From NCBI GenBank assembly GCA_004022145.1, contig RCNU01000003.1: a stretch of 64,000 nt of DNA; one strand, written 5' to 3'. The notes under the pieces are model-generated. The model was not told the origin of the DNA. It saw only the letters and a program-made list of their open reading frames with translations, and made no database searches. A program made the position numbers and the translations under genes. The stretch's first letter is position 1. Every line of letters starts with the position of its first letter. Positions 38,668-51,266 of this stretch are shown here, one piece after another. This DNA comes from Paecilomyces variotii (lineage: Eukaryota).

Positions 38668-39133
38668 ATGGCTAGTACGCAGGGTGTCAATGTGAGCCTC
38701 CGCACCTCCCTCCTCCTACCCCGACCAACGCCCGGTTACCCTGTTGCAGCGCCTTCTAATCTCTTTGATTCAATTAGGTTCTCCGTTACTCAGCTCTTGT
38801 AGCTGGTCTCATCTACGGTTTTTCCCACCAGTCGTCGCTCAGTTCGCAAGCCAAACACGCCGAGATTGAGCGCGAATACAAGCGCAAGGAGAGCCTGATC
38901 CAGCAGGCCAAGGCCGAGTTCGCCAAGAAGCACGCGCCAGCAGACAAGAAGTCGGAAGGACGTATGTTGCGTGAAATCCCCCTTGAGCGGTTCTTTTCGG
39001 GACCAGCGCCGGTGTCCCGAGGCATTGCCATGGTGATCGCGTGCTAACTTGATATCCCGCAGCGGTCACGAATCCTGACGACCCACGCTTCGATCTGGAA
39101 GCCCTCTTGAAATTTGTGGAGGCTACGAACTAA
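38668..39133 (+). CDS. TIM11: Mitochondrial ATP synthase subunit e (not in the ORF track)
   Basis: Exons 38668-38691, 38778-38961, 39063-39133 give MASTQGVN|VLRYSALVAGLIYGFSHQSSL..EREYKRKESLIQQAKAEFAKK..|PVTNPDDPRFDLEALLKFVEATN*. It has a GxxxG TM helix and a coiled coil. Confidence 0.92.
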
Positions 39134-39651
39134 GGAGGGGATCGCAATGGGAGCGCATCAAGGGAGTGGCTGGTAGTTTGGCAGACCTCGGAGACGTTGA
39201 AAGGGTCCGAAGATCCCGCACCCTCCCCGGGTACCAGAGGAAAGAGATAATGGCTGAAAAAGGACCAGCTATGTATTATTGTTTCATCTTAACTTCCCAG
39301 AGTCGTGTCTTTGCAAGCGAAAGAACGGAAAATCTATCTATCTAGACACCATGTCCGTCTTGTACATACCCTGGGTCGTTTGTGCACGTCTGTACACTAC
39401 GCTCGGCACTCGAAGAGCAAGAAATTTCTTTGCATGTTTACACTGGGTCACCCATCTCCTGACGGGGAGTGCAGGCTCGGGAGTCTGCAGACTCTATCCG
39501 CTGCGCTCCGGATGATTCGAGGATTATGCGATAACGCACCTTTTGCAGGACTCTTTTGCGTCTGGCTGGCCTGCTTGTCTTTTTCTGCACAGAGTTCTCA
39601 CCGGCATAGGCTGACCCTTCTTTGAACCATTATGGTTGAATTAGAGCCCAC

Positions 39652-40417
39652 TCAGCCTCCATAGCTCCCAAGCAGACTTATGACCCCGCCCAAACCATTC
39701 GTCTTTGGAAACGTCTGTTCCTCTGCTGAGGGAATCACTTTGGGCTTTAATAACTTCTTTTCCTTATCCCAAATCCACCCTCGTTCCGTATAGGTTTTTT
39801 CTATAAGCGCAGTGTCTGCAGAGTCCCCGCTGTAGCCTAGATAGGCTGCTGCCGTCTCTGGTCTGATTGCTTCATACGCTCTGCTTATGTCCTGGAACGT
39901 CTTTTCTTGAAATGACCCTAAAAACCCGATGATTAGATTCCCATTCGCAAAGCATGCTTCAATTCAAACTGACTTTCGTAAGCCTGGACTACACCCTTGA
40001 GGGGCTCCGGCCAGGGCAGCTCTCTGAGGACCTTGTATACCTGCACATGGTCATTTTGCCAGACGGCCTGCAATAGTGCGATACTGTTCTGCAAAGTTTG
40101 GTCTTTAGCCACGAGGGTTGGAGGCATCCGGTGCGTCAACATGCGAGCTTCGGGTCTATCATGTAGCTGTTTAGTCAACGTAACCTAGAGAAGCATCTGG
40201 TGCTGGAGACAGACGTTTCGTTTATTAGAAGCAAAGATATAAGGTATGAGGAGTAAAAGACGCTTAGAAGTTCTGCATCACCAGTCACCTCGCTATCTGT
40301 GAACAGGAGGTTGGCATCGGGTTCGTAGTGCGAGAGCGCATCATAGAGGGCCGACGGCGAAGGCGCCGTCGTCAGGACCTCTGCCAGGCGCTCTTTTGAG
40401 AGCGGCGGCAGCGCCAT
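39652..40417 (-). CDS. csnH: COP9 signalosome subunit 8 (PCI domain), 3 exons
   Basis: Spliced product: 'FYSSYLISLLL..|PEARMLTHRMP..LLQAVWQND..LRELPWPEPL..|FQEKTFQDISRAYEAIRPETAAAYLG..RGWIWD'. This fits CSN8/PSMD8/eIF3K. Stop TGA at 39654-39652. Confidence 0.8.
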
Positions 40418-40732
40418 AATGTGCGTCGTATTAGACTAAATAGAGGGACTGTGATAATCGAAGGAAGCCAGAGATGTACGCAGACAGAAGAACCAGTAGA
40501 GTCAACGCACGCGATGCTGATGAGCTTGATGCGGGGAGCAGCGCGGAGCTTGGAGAGTCGTTCCCGCAAGAAGGACCACGGACCAGCTTGCCAAGACTTG
40601 CTGTAGAGACCACCTTGCGGGCCTTCGATCTAAGATAACTCGCCCATCTATTCCCGTCAGCTTTCCTTGACTGGGTAGACCATTCTCTTTTTCTATCAAT
40701 CATTGAATTTCTCTTTGGTTGTTCGGGCCATC

Positions 40733-43283
40733 ATGGCCGCCTCTCCAATTGACCCTTTTTTGGAGGGCAAGACCGGCAGCAATGCTCGCGGTTTACTGCG
40801 GATTATTATTCTATTGACCATTGCCGCTGCCGCCGTGTCCAGTCGATTGTTCAGTGTCATCAGTATGCTTTCCGTCCAGAATTAAGACTAGAATTTACTC
40901 GTGAAGATCGAGACGTGCTAATTAACTACTTCTTGTAGGATTCGAAAGTATAATCCACGAGTGTATGTCTACCTCCTACTGCGAGCTGTTCTCACGAGAG
41001 CTGCCGCGCGTCCACCACGAACGATGATATTAATGTCTTCTGTACAGTCGACCCGTGGTTTAATTTCAGAGCGACAAAATACTTGGTGCAGAATGGGTTC
41101 TACAGCTTCTGGGACTGGTTTGACGACCGTAAGTACTCCGCTTGACCACTGAAACCACCGACGACCCTTGGAATCACAGCCTGTCCTCGGAGGGAAAAGG
41201 ATCAATATACTGATTGGCTCTTTTTTCTAGGAACATGGCACCCTCTCGGACGTGTCACTGGCGGCACCTTGTATCCCGGGTTGATGGTCACCAGCGGTGT
41301 CATCTACCATGTCCTGCGCTTCCTGACGATCCCCGTGGACATTCGGAATATCTGTGTTCTGCTGGCCCCAGGATTCTCTGGTCTGACATCGTTGGCGATG
41401 TATCTCCTCACTCGTGAGATGACACCCTCTCCCTCTGCAGGTCTTCTTGCAGCGGCTTTCATGGGCATCACACCCGGTTACATCTCCAGATCGGTTGCGG
41501 GATCCTACGATAACGAAGCAATTGCCATCTTCCTGTTGGTGTTCACCTTCTTCCTCTGGATTAAGGCAGTCAAGAATGGTTCGATCATGTGGGGAGCGTT
41601 GACTGCGCTGTTCTACGGATACATGGTTTCTGCTTGGGGTGGATACGTCTTCATCACCAACCTGATCCCACTGCACGTCTTCGTGCTCCTCTGCATGGGA
41701 AGATACAGCTCCAGACTCTACATCAGCTATACCACCTGGTATGCCCTCGGAACATTGGCTAGCATGCAAATCCCATTCGTAGGTTTCCTGCCTATTCGAA
41801 ACAGCGACCACATGTCCGCTCTCGGTATCTTTGGCCTGATTCAGGTGGTCGCCTTTGTCGAGTTCTTGAGAGGGCAGGTCCCCTCCAGACAGTTCCAGAC
41901 GCTGCTCACCAGCCTTGTCCTGGTAATCTTCGGTGTTTCCTTCCTGGGGCTCGTCCTTCTCACTCTGTCCGGAGTTATTGCTCCTTGGAGCGGTCGTTTC
42001 TACTCCCTATGGGACACGGGTTACGCGAAGATCCACATTCCTATTATTGCTTCCGTCTCAGAGCACCAGCCTACCGCTTGGCCAGCGTTCTTCTTTGACT
42101 TGAACTTTCTGATCTGGCTCTTCCCCGCCGGTGTCTATCTCTGTTTCCGTAAGCTGGAGGATGAGCATGTGTTCGTCGTCATCTACTCTGTTTTGGCCAG
42201 TTACTTCGCAGGTGTTATGGTCCGATTGATGTTGACCCTGACCCCGATTGTCTGTGTGGCCGCTGCCATCGCTTTGTCTCAGATCCTGGACACCTATGTG
42301 CTTGTCTCCAAGCCCAGTCCCGCCGTGGCAGCAGCCGCTGGCAGCTCAACCTCGGACTCTCTCCGCTCCACGCGAGCACCTTGGGTTGGCATTCAGTCAA
42401 CCTTCTCCAAGGTGTTTATGACGTCTTCCATAGTGACCTACCTGCTCCTTTTCGTCTCTCACTGCACATGGGTCACTTCCAACGCATACTCTTCACCTTC
42501 GGTTGTTCTCGCTAGTAGAATGCCAGATGGTAGCCAGTTCATCATTGACGACTACCGTGAGGCGTACTACTGGCTTCGCCAGAACACCCCGAATAACGCC
42601 AAGATCATGTCGTGGTGGGACTACGGCTACCAGATTGGTGGTATGGCAGACCGACCAACCCTTGTTGATAACAACACCTGGAACAACACGCATATTGCCA
42701 CTGTTGGAAAGGCTATGAGCTCTCGTGAGGAGGTCAGCTACCCTATCCTCAAGCAGCATGATGTCGACTACGTTCTCGTCGTCTTTGGTGGTCTCCTCGG
42801 CTACTCCGGCGATGATATCAACAAGTTCCTCTGGATGGTCCGTATTGCGGAGGGCATTTGGCCTGATGAAGTCCGGGAGCGTGATTACTTCACTGCTCGC
42901 GGCGAGTACCGCGTCGATGACCAGGCGACCCCGGCCATGCGTAACAGCTTGATGTAAGTCTGCCCTCTACTCCGTTAATTATCGCGGGCTCCATACTCAC
43001 CCATGAAAACAGGTACAAGATGTCGTACTACAACTTCAACTCCCTCTTCCCCGCCGGCCAAGCCCAGGACCGTGTCCGCGGTGTCCGTCTCCCCGCCGAG
43101 GGCCCTCAGCTCACCACGGTCGAGGAAGCCTTCACCAGCGAGAACTGGATCATCCGAATCTACAAGGTCAAGGACCTTGACAACTTGGGCCGCGACCACA
43201 ACAACGCAGTCGCCTTTGACAAGGGCCACAAGAAGAAGAAAGCTACGAAGAGAAAGGGTCCCCGAGCCTTGCGAGTCGAGTAG
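40733..43283 (+). CDS. STT3: Oligosaccharyltransferase catalytic subunit
   Basis: '[25 protein letters not shown]' (24-nt exon 40939-40962), 'SVAGSYDNE', 'SVSEHQP', 'WWDYG', 'DNNTWNNT', 'DINKFLWM'. Confidence 0.98.
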
Positions 43284-43646
43284 AATCGGTCGCATCTCGT
43301 TTTCTCGTTAAAAATGAATGAAGATCCGTTCATCCCGTAGTACGTGACGATGGTAGGGTTCAGCTCATTTCGTGTATGGTAGATCTGTTAAATTTTTTTC
43401 ATCCTTTATAAAATGAGATATTCAGTGCTTTTTTTTGATGTTCGTAAATACAATAGACCTACCTCTGTGTGACTAACCTGCCGGCGCGTGGATCAACTAC
43501 GGTCCGGGTTAAGCAGATAGGACTCCCTATTTTCTGATTCTAGGTACAATTGTATATTCTGATATCTCTCTGAAAGGGAAGCTATATATAGAGATTTTGT
43601 ATACAGAAGACATGCAAATGACCACCCCCTCATAAAAGATTATTAC

Positions 43647-44520
43647 CTATGGCCTTGTAGTCGATACTAGATTGCTCTTCACCTTGAATATAGAATAGCT
43701 GCTGTTGGCAAAACAATAACTGGCCTGAAGACTCAACTCGATGGATTCCTTGTTGACTCTGATCGACTCATCCGCACCATTGCGAAAGCTGCGGAAGATA
43801 TCCTAAACATTCCCCTCCTGAACTATCTACTTCTTCAGGCAGAAGGAATAGTAAACTCCCTCGACACCCAGATCGCAAAAGTGGACGTACAGTTCGGCAA
43901 TTTCGTTGGTAACGATGCCTGTAAAAACTTGCACGCTCCTGATGTCCACGTTTCCGGATTTCCGGTGAATCTCCTGGATGCTACGAAGCGTCGTGGCCCC
44001 GTCGAGTCTGTTCTGTCGCCTTGCGTACTCAGGGTGCTGGAAGCACTTCGCCTCCACCGTGGACGTAGGTGCCATTATTTCCGAGCAGCAAATAACAGGG
44101 TCGATGATTGTTTCCAGTGAGATAACTGTTAACGCACGCCGTTTCCCATATGGATGCTCCGATTGTAACATTTGGCTTAGGGGCCAGAAGTCGTTGTAGG
44201 AGGGTTCGTTAGGAGGCCCTCTGCCCATTGGCAGAGCGTAAGATTCGAAGACGGAAAGGATGAAAGTAGCTAGTGTAGTCTTATTTGGTGCTCTGGATAC
44301 CATTCCTGCCAAAAAAAAGGCGTATTTAGAATCATTAGGAAGATCTGTCTTCGCCGCAGCTATAGAACGCCTGATTGAGGAAAGATCAGATGGCTCGTCG
44401 AACAATATCCATCATGCGTAACATTCGCAATTGAAGGTCAAAAGCTGGCTCGCTGCAGCGGAGCTTCTTGCGTGTTCTACTAGATCGAGGCAAGTCAGTA
44501 GATGTCGCTCTCAGTGACAA
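43647..44520 (-). pseudogene. Decayed fungal PD-(D/E)XK nuclease-like (DUF7924-like) gene
   Basis: 'APTSTVEAKCFQHPEYARRQNRLDGATTLRSIQEIH..VQVFTGIV..ELYVHF'. In-frame TAG stops at 43829-27 and 43805-03 with protein-like reading beyond them. Apparent frameshift near 44410 and no ATG for the ORF. Confidence 0.5.
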
Positions 44521-46570
44521 TGAAGTACTTGATGTCGCGTCTATTTGCGGGGGGAAGATGTTATCAGATTGACAATATAACCGAAAGTTTTCTCGCGTCA
44601 GGTCTGATGGGAGACCGAGATGTTGAAACTCAGTGTCTGGGGGGTCTTTCGAAGGAGAAAAAATTGTTCTTTATCTGCGTGGTTGTTCTGAATAAATGAG
44701 ATATAAATATTGTCTCCATCTTGTGAGATGAGAGCACGCCTTGATCCGTTAAATAGGCTTCCCTGCAAGAGTGTATTGTATGCTATTTGCCACTGTCTCA
44801 GAACACTTTTTGAGAACCCACGGGCATCCGATCAAATATAAAGTCGGCGGTTAAAAAGAAAATGACCACGAGAGAAAAATCATATGAATCTCCGAAATAT
44901 ACTTTCCCCTTTGTCAGAAAAGATAGCATTTACTGCTGTCACGAGAAATGGTTTTTATATATCGATGCCATATCTGCAGAGCAGATTTTCTGGACATAAG
45001 TCAGTTCCCAATATTTCTGGAGATTTGTCATGATCTATACTCTGTTGTCGGTATCGTAAAGGTACTTTCGTCCAAGCATTCTACCTCCTTGGAAATATTT
45101 GACTTGAGAAGAAATGAGTAGGCCTGATGTGGAAAATGTAGTGCAGAATCCCGACCGATGACTTGGATTTGCTGCTGTCTCGTCCAGATGGCATATAGAG
45201 GATGAGACAGGACCAGACGGTGCAAAGCGGTACTGCATGCTTCGTGAGAAGGCATAAAGGTAATCTTGTAAAAGGTATAGAGGGCCTCGATAAAATACTT
45301 TGATCGGCTGTTTTATCTCACACAAAATATATAGATGATAAGGGAGTCTGTGGCTGATCTTGAGAGAGATGTAAAAAGTTTTTAGTTCGGCAAGCTTTTC
45401 AGGGAATTATATATCGAGGGGCAGACACTGAGGGGAGCGCGTTGTACCTCCCCAGCTCACAATCACTAATAACGAGTTAATTCAACAAGACTCGATTTGA
45501 GTACTCGTTATTAACTACCTAGGTTAGTGACTGCGAAAACTCACCTCGCGGAAGTTCCCCATTGATTTTGCCCCATGATGCTCGCATCTTACTTATGCTG
45601 GCTTTCCCTTAAGGTCCTATTTTATCTTTATTATTGCAATCTTGTGGCCTACACACTTTCGCTATTGGCGCGCTCATAATTCCTAAGCTAATTAGGCACC
45701 TGGCTGGCTAACTAACGACAAATGGGGGTGGAAAGTCTGGATTGCAAGTATCTGGGGGATCTGTGCGACTTATATACAGACGCGGCATCACGAATACTTT
45801 TTACGTAGAACTGGAGCTATACCAAGCCATAAGCGAGGGCGACCAGACGGACCAAGAGGGAGGTCTCCAACAACTACCAACTAGTAGTAGTGGCAGGAGA
45901 CCGACTCTAGAGTCTAGGGCCTATGGGGTCCAAAAAAATAGCAGAATTCTTTGGGGTTGATCGAGTCCGTGGATCTTTAGGATATACTGCTCAATACAAC
46001 CACTTATTTATGCACGAATGGTTAGAAATACTCTCGGTACCACGCCTAACTACTCAATATATGGATCCACTTTCTAGACGGCCAAATCTGACACCCAGAT
46101 AATCTATATTTAGTATCGCCCTCTCGTATATTCGGATTCATATATAGGTATATATTCGTATTTTCGGTGGGGTAATGGCCGCACGACAAGCAGTTTACCT
46201 ACTAGTAACTAGTTGATTGCGCACCGTCATACTCTAAACTTGCTTCGAACTAACTCGGTGGTACTTTTATATACTTCAGTGTATAAGTAGTGCGCACTCT
46301 TAATTAACGTCATTCCGCGAGTGAGCTAATGGCGGGTGACCCTGATGAATGTTCAAAGTCCACTCCACGGCTTTTGGGATAATCAGATCCGGACGCAAGC
46401 CACGCCAACTTCGCACTACCCATTGGCCTCATTTGTTTACTACGGGGGGTACGTCCCAATGCCGATCACAACTCCTTTTTCCGGGAGACAGGAAAAAAAA
46501 GATATAAGACGCCGGTCCGCCTTTGAACTGCACGCATTGTGCGGATCTGCCTCCTCATCTCTTTCCGACT

Positions 46571-49136
46571 ATGTGGCTAGCAAGATATCTGGCTGTATCA
46601 GGTGTGGTGGCTGCCGTGGTTGGAGCAAGCACACACAACTTCTACAAGCCATCAACCTGGACACAGAACAATCACACGTATGTGGCTCCCGTCCATGATG
46701 ACTTCGTCCTGAGACTATCCTCGGACGGCTCCAATCCGTCGATCATCATCCTAGACTACGGAAAAGATGTTGAGGGCATTCCTACATTTCAAATATCCCA
46801 GTGTCAGGGAGACACTAGTCGCTTGGAGATGACCTATAGTGAGACTCTCAGTCTCCTAGATTCGTACATGGTATGTTGATTTCGTGCGTTTTGGAGCCTT
46901 CTTGCTATGACCCAGACTGATGACCTACATGCAGGGGGATGGGCCATTGACCCTCGCAGCGGCAATGGATACTTACCGTGTGAACCGCTACAATATCACC
47001 GCGACGGGCCCGCACAAGAGCCGTCTCATTCAAGGCGGTCTCCGGTATCAGAAGCTCAACCTCTCCACTGCCGGTGAACTCCAACTATCCCATATCGGAC
47101 TCATTCCAACCACCGATACCACCGCCATTAGCCAGCTTCCTGGATCGTTCAACTGCTCGGACCCGGAGCTGGCTCGTATCTGGCAAACTGGAGCGCGGAC
47201 TATCCAGCTTACCGAGTTATCTGCTGGTTCCTTGCCAGAATTCTGGAGAATCACTGCGGATGGAGCCTTTGTCGATAGCGTGGCACCCCAGCCCTGGATG
47301 GGCAGTGAGCTGGCCTCGTTCTTAATGCAGTATACCCTAACCTTTTCTGCTAAGCCAATAGTCGGTGGGTTTGGATTCACTGTGCTAAGCGACACACTGG
47401 GCAGCGGCATTTATATTTTTATCGATGCAGTGCATCGCTCGATCTCCGCTCACGCAGGCTCGACAGAACGAGAGTCGCCCGCTCTTTCTTCAATGAAGTT
47501 GAATTCATCTGTCACACTTGGTGCCTGGCACTATGTTACTACCAACGTCAATATGACCGATATCTCGGTGTTTATCAATGGCACCCAAGTCTTGCAATTC
47601 TCTCAAACCTCTTCCTTCTCGGGGTCCTTTGGCCTAGGTGCCTCGTTCGGTCAAGAGGTTTATTACACAAACGTCTCCTTGACGAGCGGCAGGCAGGAAA
47701 TTTATACCTCCTCCTTGACGGACAAATCTGCGCTGAAAGACTTCCTCCTTGGTACTAATCCACTCTCTGTGAGTGTAGATGGGTCAAAGAGAGATCGAAT
47801 TGCCTATGCTGGTGATCTGGAAATGAGTGCTGCCTCGTCTTTTGCCAGTACTAATGGCAGAGAGTTCATCAACGGAACCATCGAGCTTCTGGGTTCCTTC
47901 CAGTTAACCCCGGGTTTCTTTGCACCAACGGCCAAGGTCCAGCAAGCACCGCGCACCAAGGATATCGAGTCTGACATCACGGGTCTGATCGGTTACTCGT
48001 TTTTACTGCCGGTATCCATGGCCGATTACTACTTGATGACCGCGGAGCCCGCTTTTGCGACACGCTGGGCACCTCGGATTATACGGTTGCTGGACTGGGC
48101 AGATTCACAGACGGTACCCGTTCAAAAGGGCATCCCTTCGAGTAAACTTCTCAACATCTCCAATGCAGTCATGGCCGGTGGCTGGAACTACTACGACCCA
48201 GCGCAATCAGGCATGGTCATGACTTTCAATGCTGTCTACGCCTTCGCCCTGCAGCAGTGTTTGCCGTTGCTGTCTGCCGCGGGTATTGCGAATGTGACGA
48301 TCTACGAGACCCGTCTACGTGATCTCCGTGATGCGATCAACACCCATTTTTGGAATGACAAACTCGGTGCCTACGGACTCTCGCTCTCAAACATGGATAT
48401 CCTCGCCCAGGACGCTAATTCCTTCGCCATTCTTGCCAATATCCCTGGGACAGGACATGGTAACCGATCCGCCGCCGGTGTTCTATCGGCCATGGGAAGC
48501 GAACTCTTCCTCCCCGCCGGCGGTCGTCCACTCGCCTTCTCCAATGCCAGTGTGAGCGCTGGGTTCGCACAGAAGGTCTCACCCTACGCGTCAGGCTACC
48601 ATCTGAGGGCTGCGCTTCACGCTCATGATGCCACTACTGCGCTGCACCTGCTTACCTCAACCTGGGCCCCCATGGCTGACCCCGCCGCCACTAACTATAC
48701 AGGCTGCTTCTGGGAAACACTCTTGCCCGACGGCACACCCGGTCTTGGAAATCCGACATCTCTCTGCCACGCGTGGAGTTCGGGACCTACAGCTGTGCTG
48801 AGCCAGCATGTCCTGGGCATTCAGCCTGTGGAAGCCGGGTTCCGTACGTGGCAGGTCAGACCGCAGACTCTCGGGCTTTCATGGGCTGAGGGCCGCCATC
48901 CAACTCCTAACGGGGTCGTGGAAGTCAAGTGGTCTTATGATGCCAAAGACAAACTTACAATGCAAGTGTCCGGCCCTGCAGGTACGCGAGGCCGAGTGCA
49001 TCTACCGTTGCGACCGGCCAATACCACCGTGGAAAGACTACAGTACAAAGTCTCGGGAAATGCGTCTGCCATTTTGACGGATATGGTGTTCGAGCTGGAC
49101 GGGGGTTCGACCTTCAGGTTTCAACAACTGTCATAA
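46571..49136 (+). CDS. Secreted alpha-L-rhamnosidase-like glycoside hydrolase (GH78)
   Basis: Signal peptide, 'IILDYGKDVEGIP', intron 46871-46934, 'QGGLRY', 'GSFNCSDPELARIW', 'VDGSKRDR', 'LAQDAN', 'CFWE', 'TSLCHAWSSGPT'. Confidence 0.9.
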
Positions 49137-49566
49137 GTCACCCTGGACTTGGTGTCCGGGATATGGACTATTATTTTTATATCGTTATTCGTGTCTTGTG
49201 GCCCCTCTGGGAAGTAATATGGTCCGGTTATATAACGTAAATTTCACTAGTTCAAGTGTGCATGATACGTCTTTCTTAGTATTCTGTGCGTCTATTTCAA
49301 AATCTAGCGTGTAGAACCGACCTTCCCGTCATACAATCCACCAACTATGGTGTATGGTAATGTGGGATGAATATGATAATAATAATGGATCTAGGATAGA
49401 GCAAGGAACTTCATCTATGACTAGCGTGAGACGGAATAAGTAAGGCCAAGCTCCCGAACACCAACACGGAACCTAATCTATCTAGCGTAAGAGTCTAGTA
49501 TCTACTCTTACTTGAAGCCGCGATGCGAGTGGGCGATGCTAAGTACGATTTAGCGTATGGATTCGC

Positions 49567-49608
49567 ATTCTCGTATTCTCGTACTTTGTAAGTATTCTCG
49601 TATTCTCG
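49567..49608 (+). promoter_or_regulatory. Duplicated 15-mer ATTCTCGTATTCTCG (four ATTCTCG units) upstream of the RTA1 gene
   Basis: Copies at 49567-49581 and 49594-49608, about 160-200 nt before ATG 49770. Confidence 0.5.
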
Positions 49609-49769
49609 CATTAACACCGTAAACAAGGCCTCTTGACGTTCACCCCTAGTTCTGTACCACAACTCGTGGATATTAATATTGAAATACATAATGCTAGAAT
49701 TCGCCCAATAATCCTACAGTCAGTCCTTCTTCTCACTGCACTCCTCTGGAGGTGTCTCAGTTTCCTGCC

Positions 49770-50810
49770 ATGTCTGCTACTAATCGTGATGGCAGAATCG
49801 ATTACGCTCTCTATCGTTATACACCCTCCATTCCAGCAGCTGTAGTCTTTGCCGGGATCTTTCTATTTCTCTCCGTTCTACATCTTATCAGACTGATCCG
49901 AAACCGCACCTTGTTCTTTATCCCATTCATTGTGGGCTTGTTATGTGAGCACGAAACTTCCCAACCCATCTTTTAACATAAGTCATGGCCTAACACCTAG
50001 GGCTTTGTCAGTCGAATGTGCCGGTTATATTGCTCGCATCTTTTCACATTTCGACACAACAGCACTTGGCCCGTATATCGTTCAAACGATGCTGATTCTG
50101 GTTGCACCACCGCTGTTCGCCGCTTCCATATATATGACACTCGGTCGGACCATTACCAAACTCGACGCAGAAGACAAATCCATCGTTCCGGTCCGGTTCC
50201 TGACGAAGATTTTCGTTGTTGGTGATGTCATCTCGTTCCTTCTGCAATGTGGAGGTTTGTGGCGATCTGTTTTGGTTTCCATACCTCTGGGTACTGATTG
50301 GAAATAGGCGGTGGTTATATGGCCGCTGGAACATTGTCTGCTATGAAAGCTGGTGCTCATATTGTGATTGGTGGCCTGGTGATTCAGCTCGTATTCTTCG
50401 GATTCTTCGTCTACGTGTCCGCTTTATTTCATTGGCGAATGAAGAAATGGCCGCGGTATGATCATGTTCCTCCGAGTGTGGGATCTAATGGCTTCCAAAG
50501 CCAAATAACATGGGAGTCCCTCATGTGGGCTCTCTATGCTGCCTGCTTCCTCATCCTAGTGCGATCGGTCTTTCGAGTCGTGGAGTTTGTTGAAGGAAAC
50601 GATGGGTTCATCATGCACAGAGAATACCTGTTATATATTTTCGATGCTTGCCTCATGTCGTTAAGTGGTATCGTCTTGATCGTTGTTTATCCTGGTACCT
50701 TTTACCGTCGGTTTGATAATCAGCGGGATAGTGGGCTTCGACTCACATCAGTGGATGACGAATTTGCTCCTCCAGAGGCAAGCCTCGCGAGCCGACAGAT
50801 ACATAAATAG
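49770..50810 (+). CDS. RTA1-like lipid-translocating exporter family membrane protein, 3 exons
   Basis: 'YRYTPSIPAA', 'ECAGYIAR', 'LVAPPLFAASIYMTLGR', 'KIFVVGDVISFLLQ', 'LILVRSVFRVVEFVEG..EYLLYIFDA'. Introns 49945-50011 and about 50255-50307. Confidence 0.93.
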
Positions 50811-51266
50811 AATATTCCATTTATTTATCCCCTTTTATCCCATTTGTCGGCAGTTCTTCTCATCACCTTTTGCGGCTTGCAATTGGGAAAGATTTTCTAA
50901 GGACGGCTATAGCTATTAGGAAGCAGACGGCGACGAAGTCGGTTACACAAATAGATTTGTTTCATTCTTTCGCACATTGCTTAACATTCAAGTTCAAGTT
51001 ATAGTTATATGCTCGAGTGAGATACATAGGTAGGTAGTTTTGAGCATACTATACTGTCTCTGCAAGTGGATCAGGAAATGGCCCGCGAATCAAATTGCGG
51101 GAAATTCCGCCGAGGTACTTACACCTTCCAGTCACTTTCTCGACCTGAAATCATTCATTCATTCTTCTGCTGTTGTTCCTCACATATAAAATAATACTGA
51201 ACGACCCACCTTTCCTGATACTAGTCCACATCGTATTGTCCATTTTATATACTTAAGCAACCTGCA

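Noticed and set aside
41227..41811. 194-aa minus-strand ORF
   Set aside because: Antisense shadow of STT3.
46300..46570. CGG/CCG triplets upstream of GH78 as a RhaR-type CGG-N11-CCG site
   Set aside because: The spacings I checked were 16, 18 and 20 nt, not 11.
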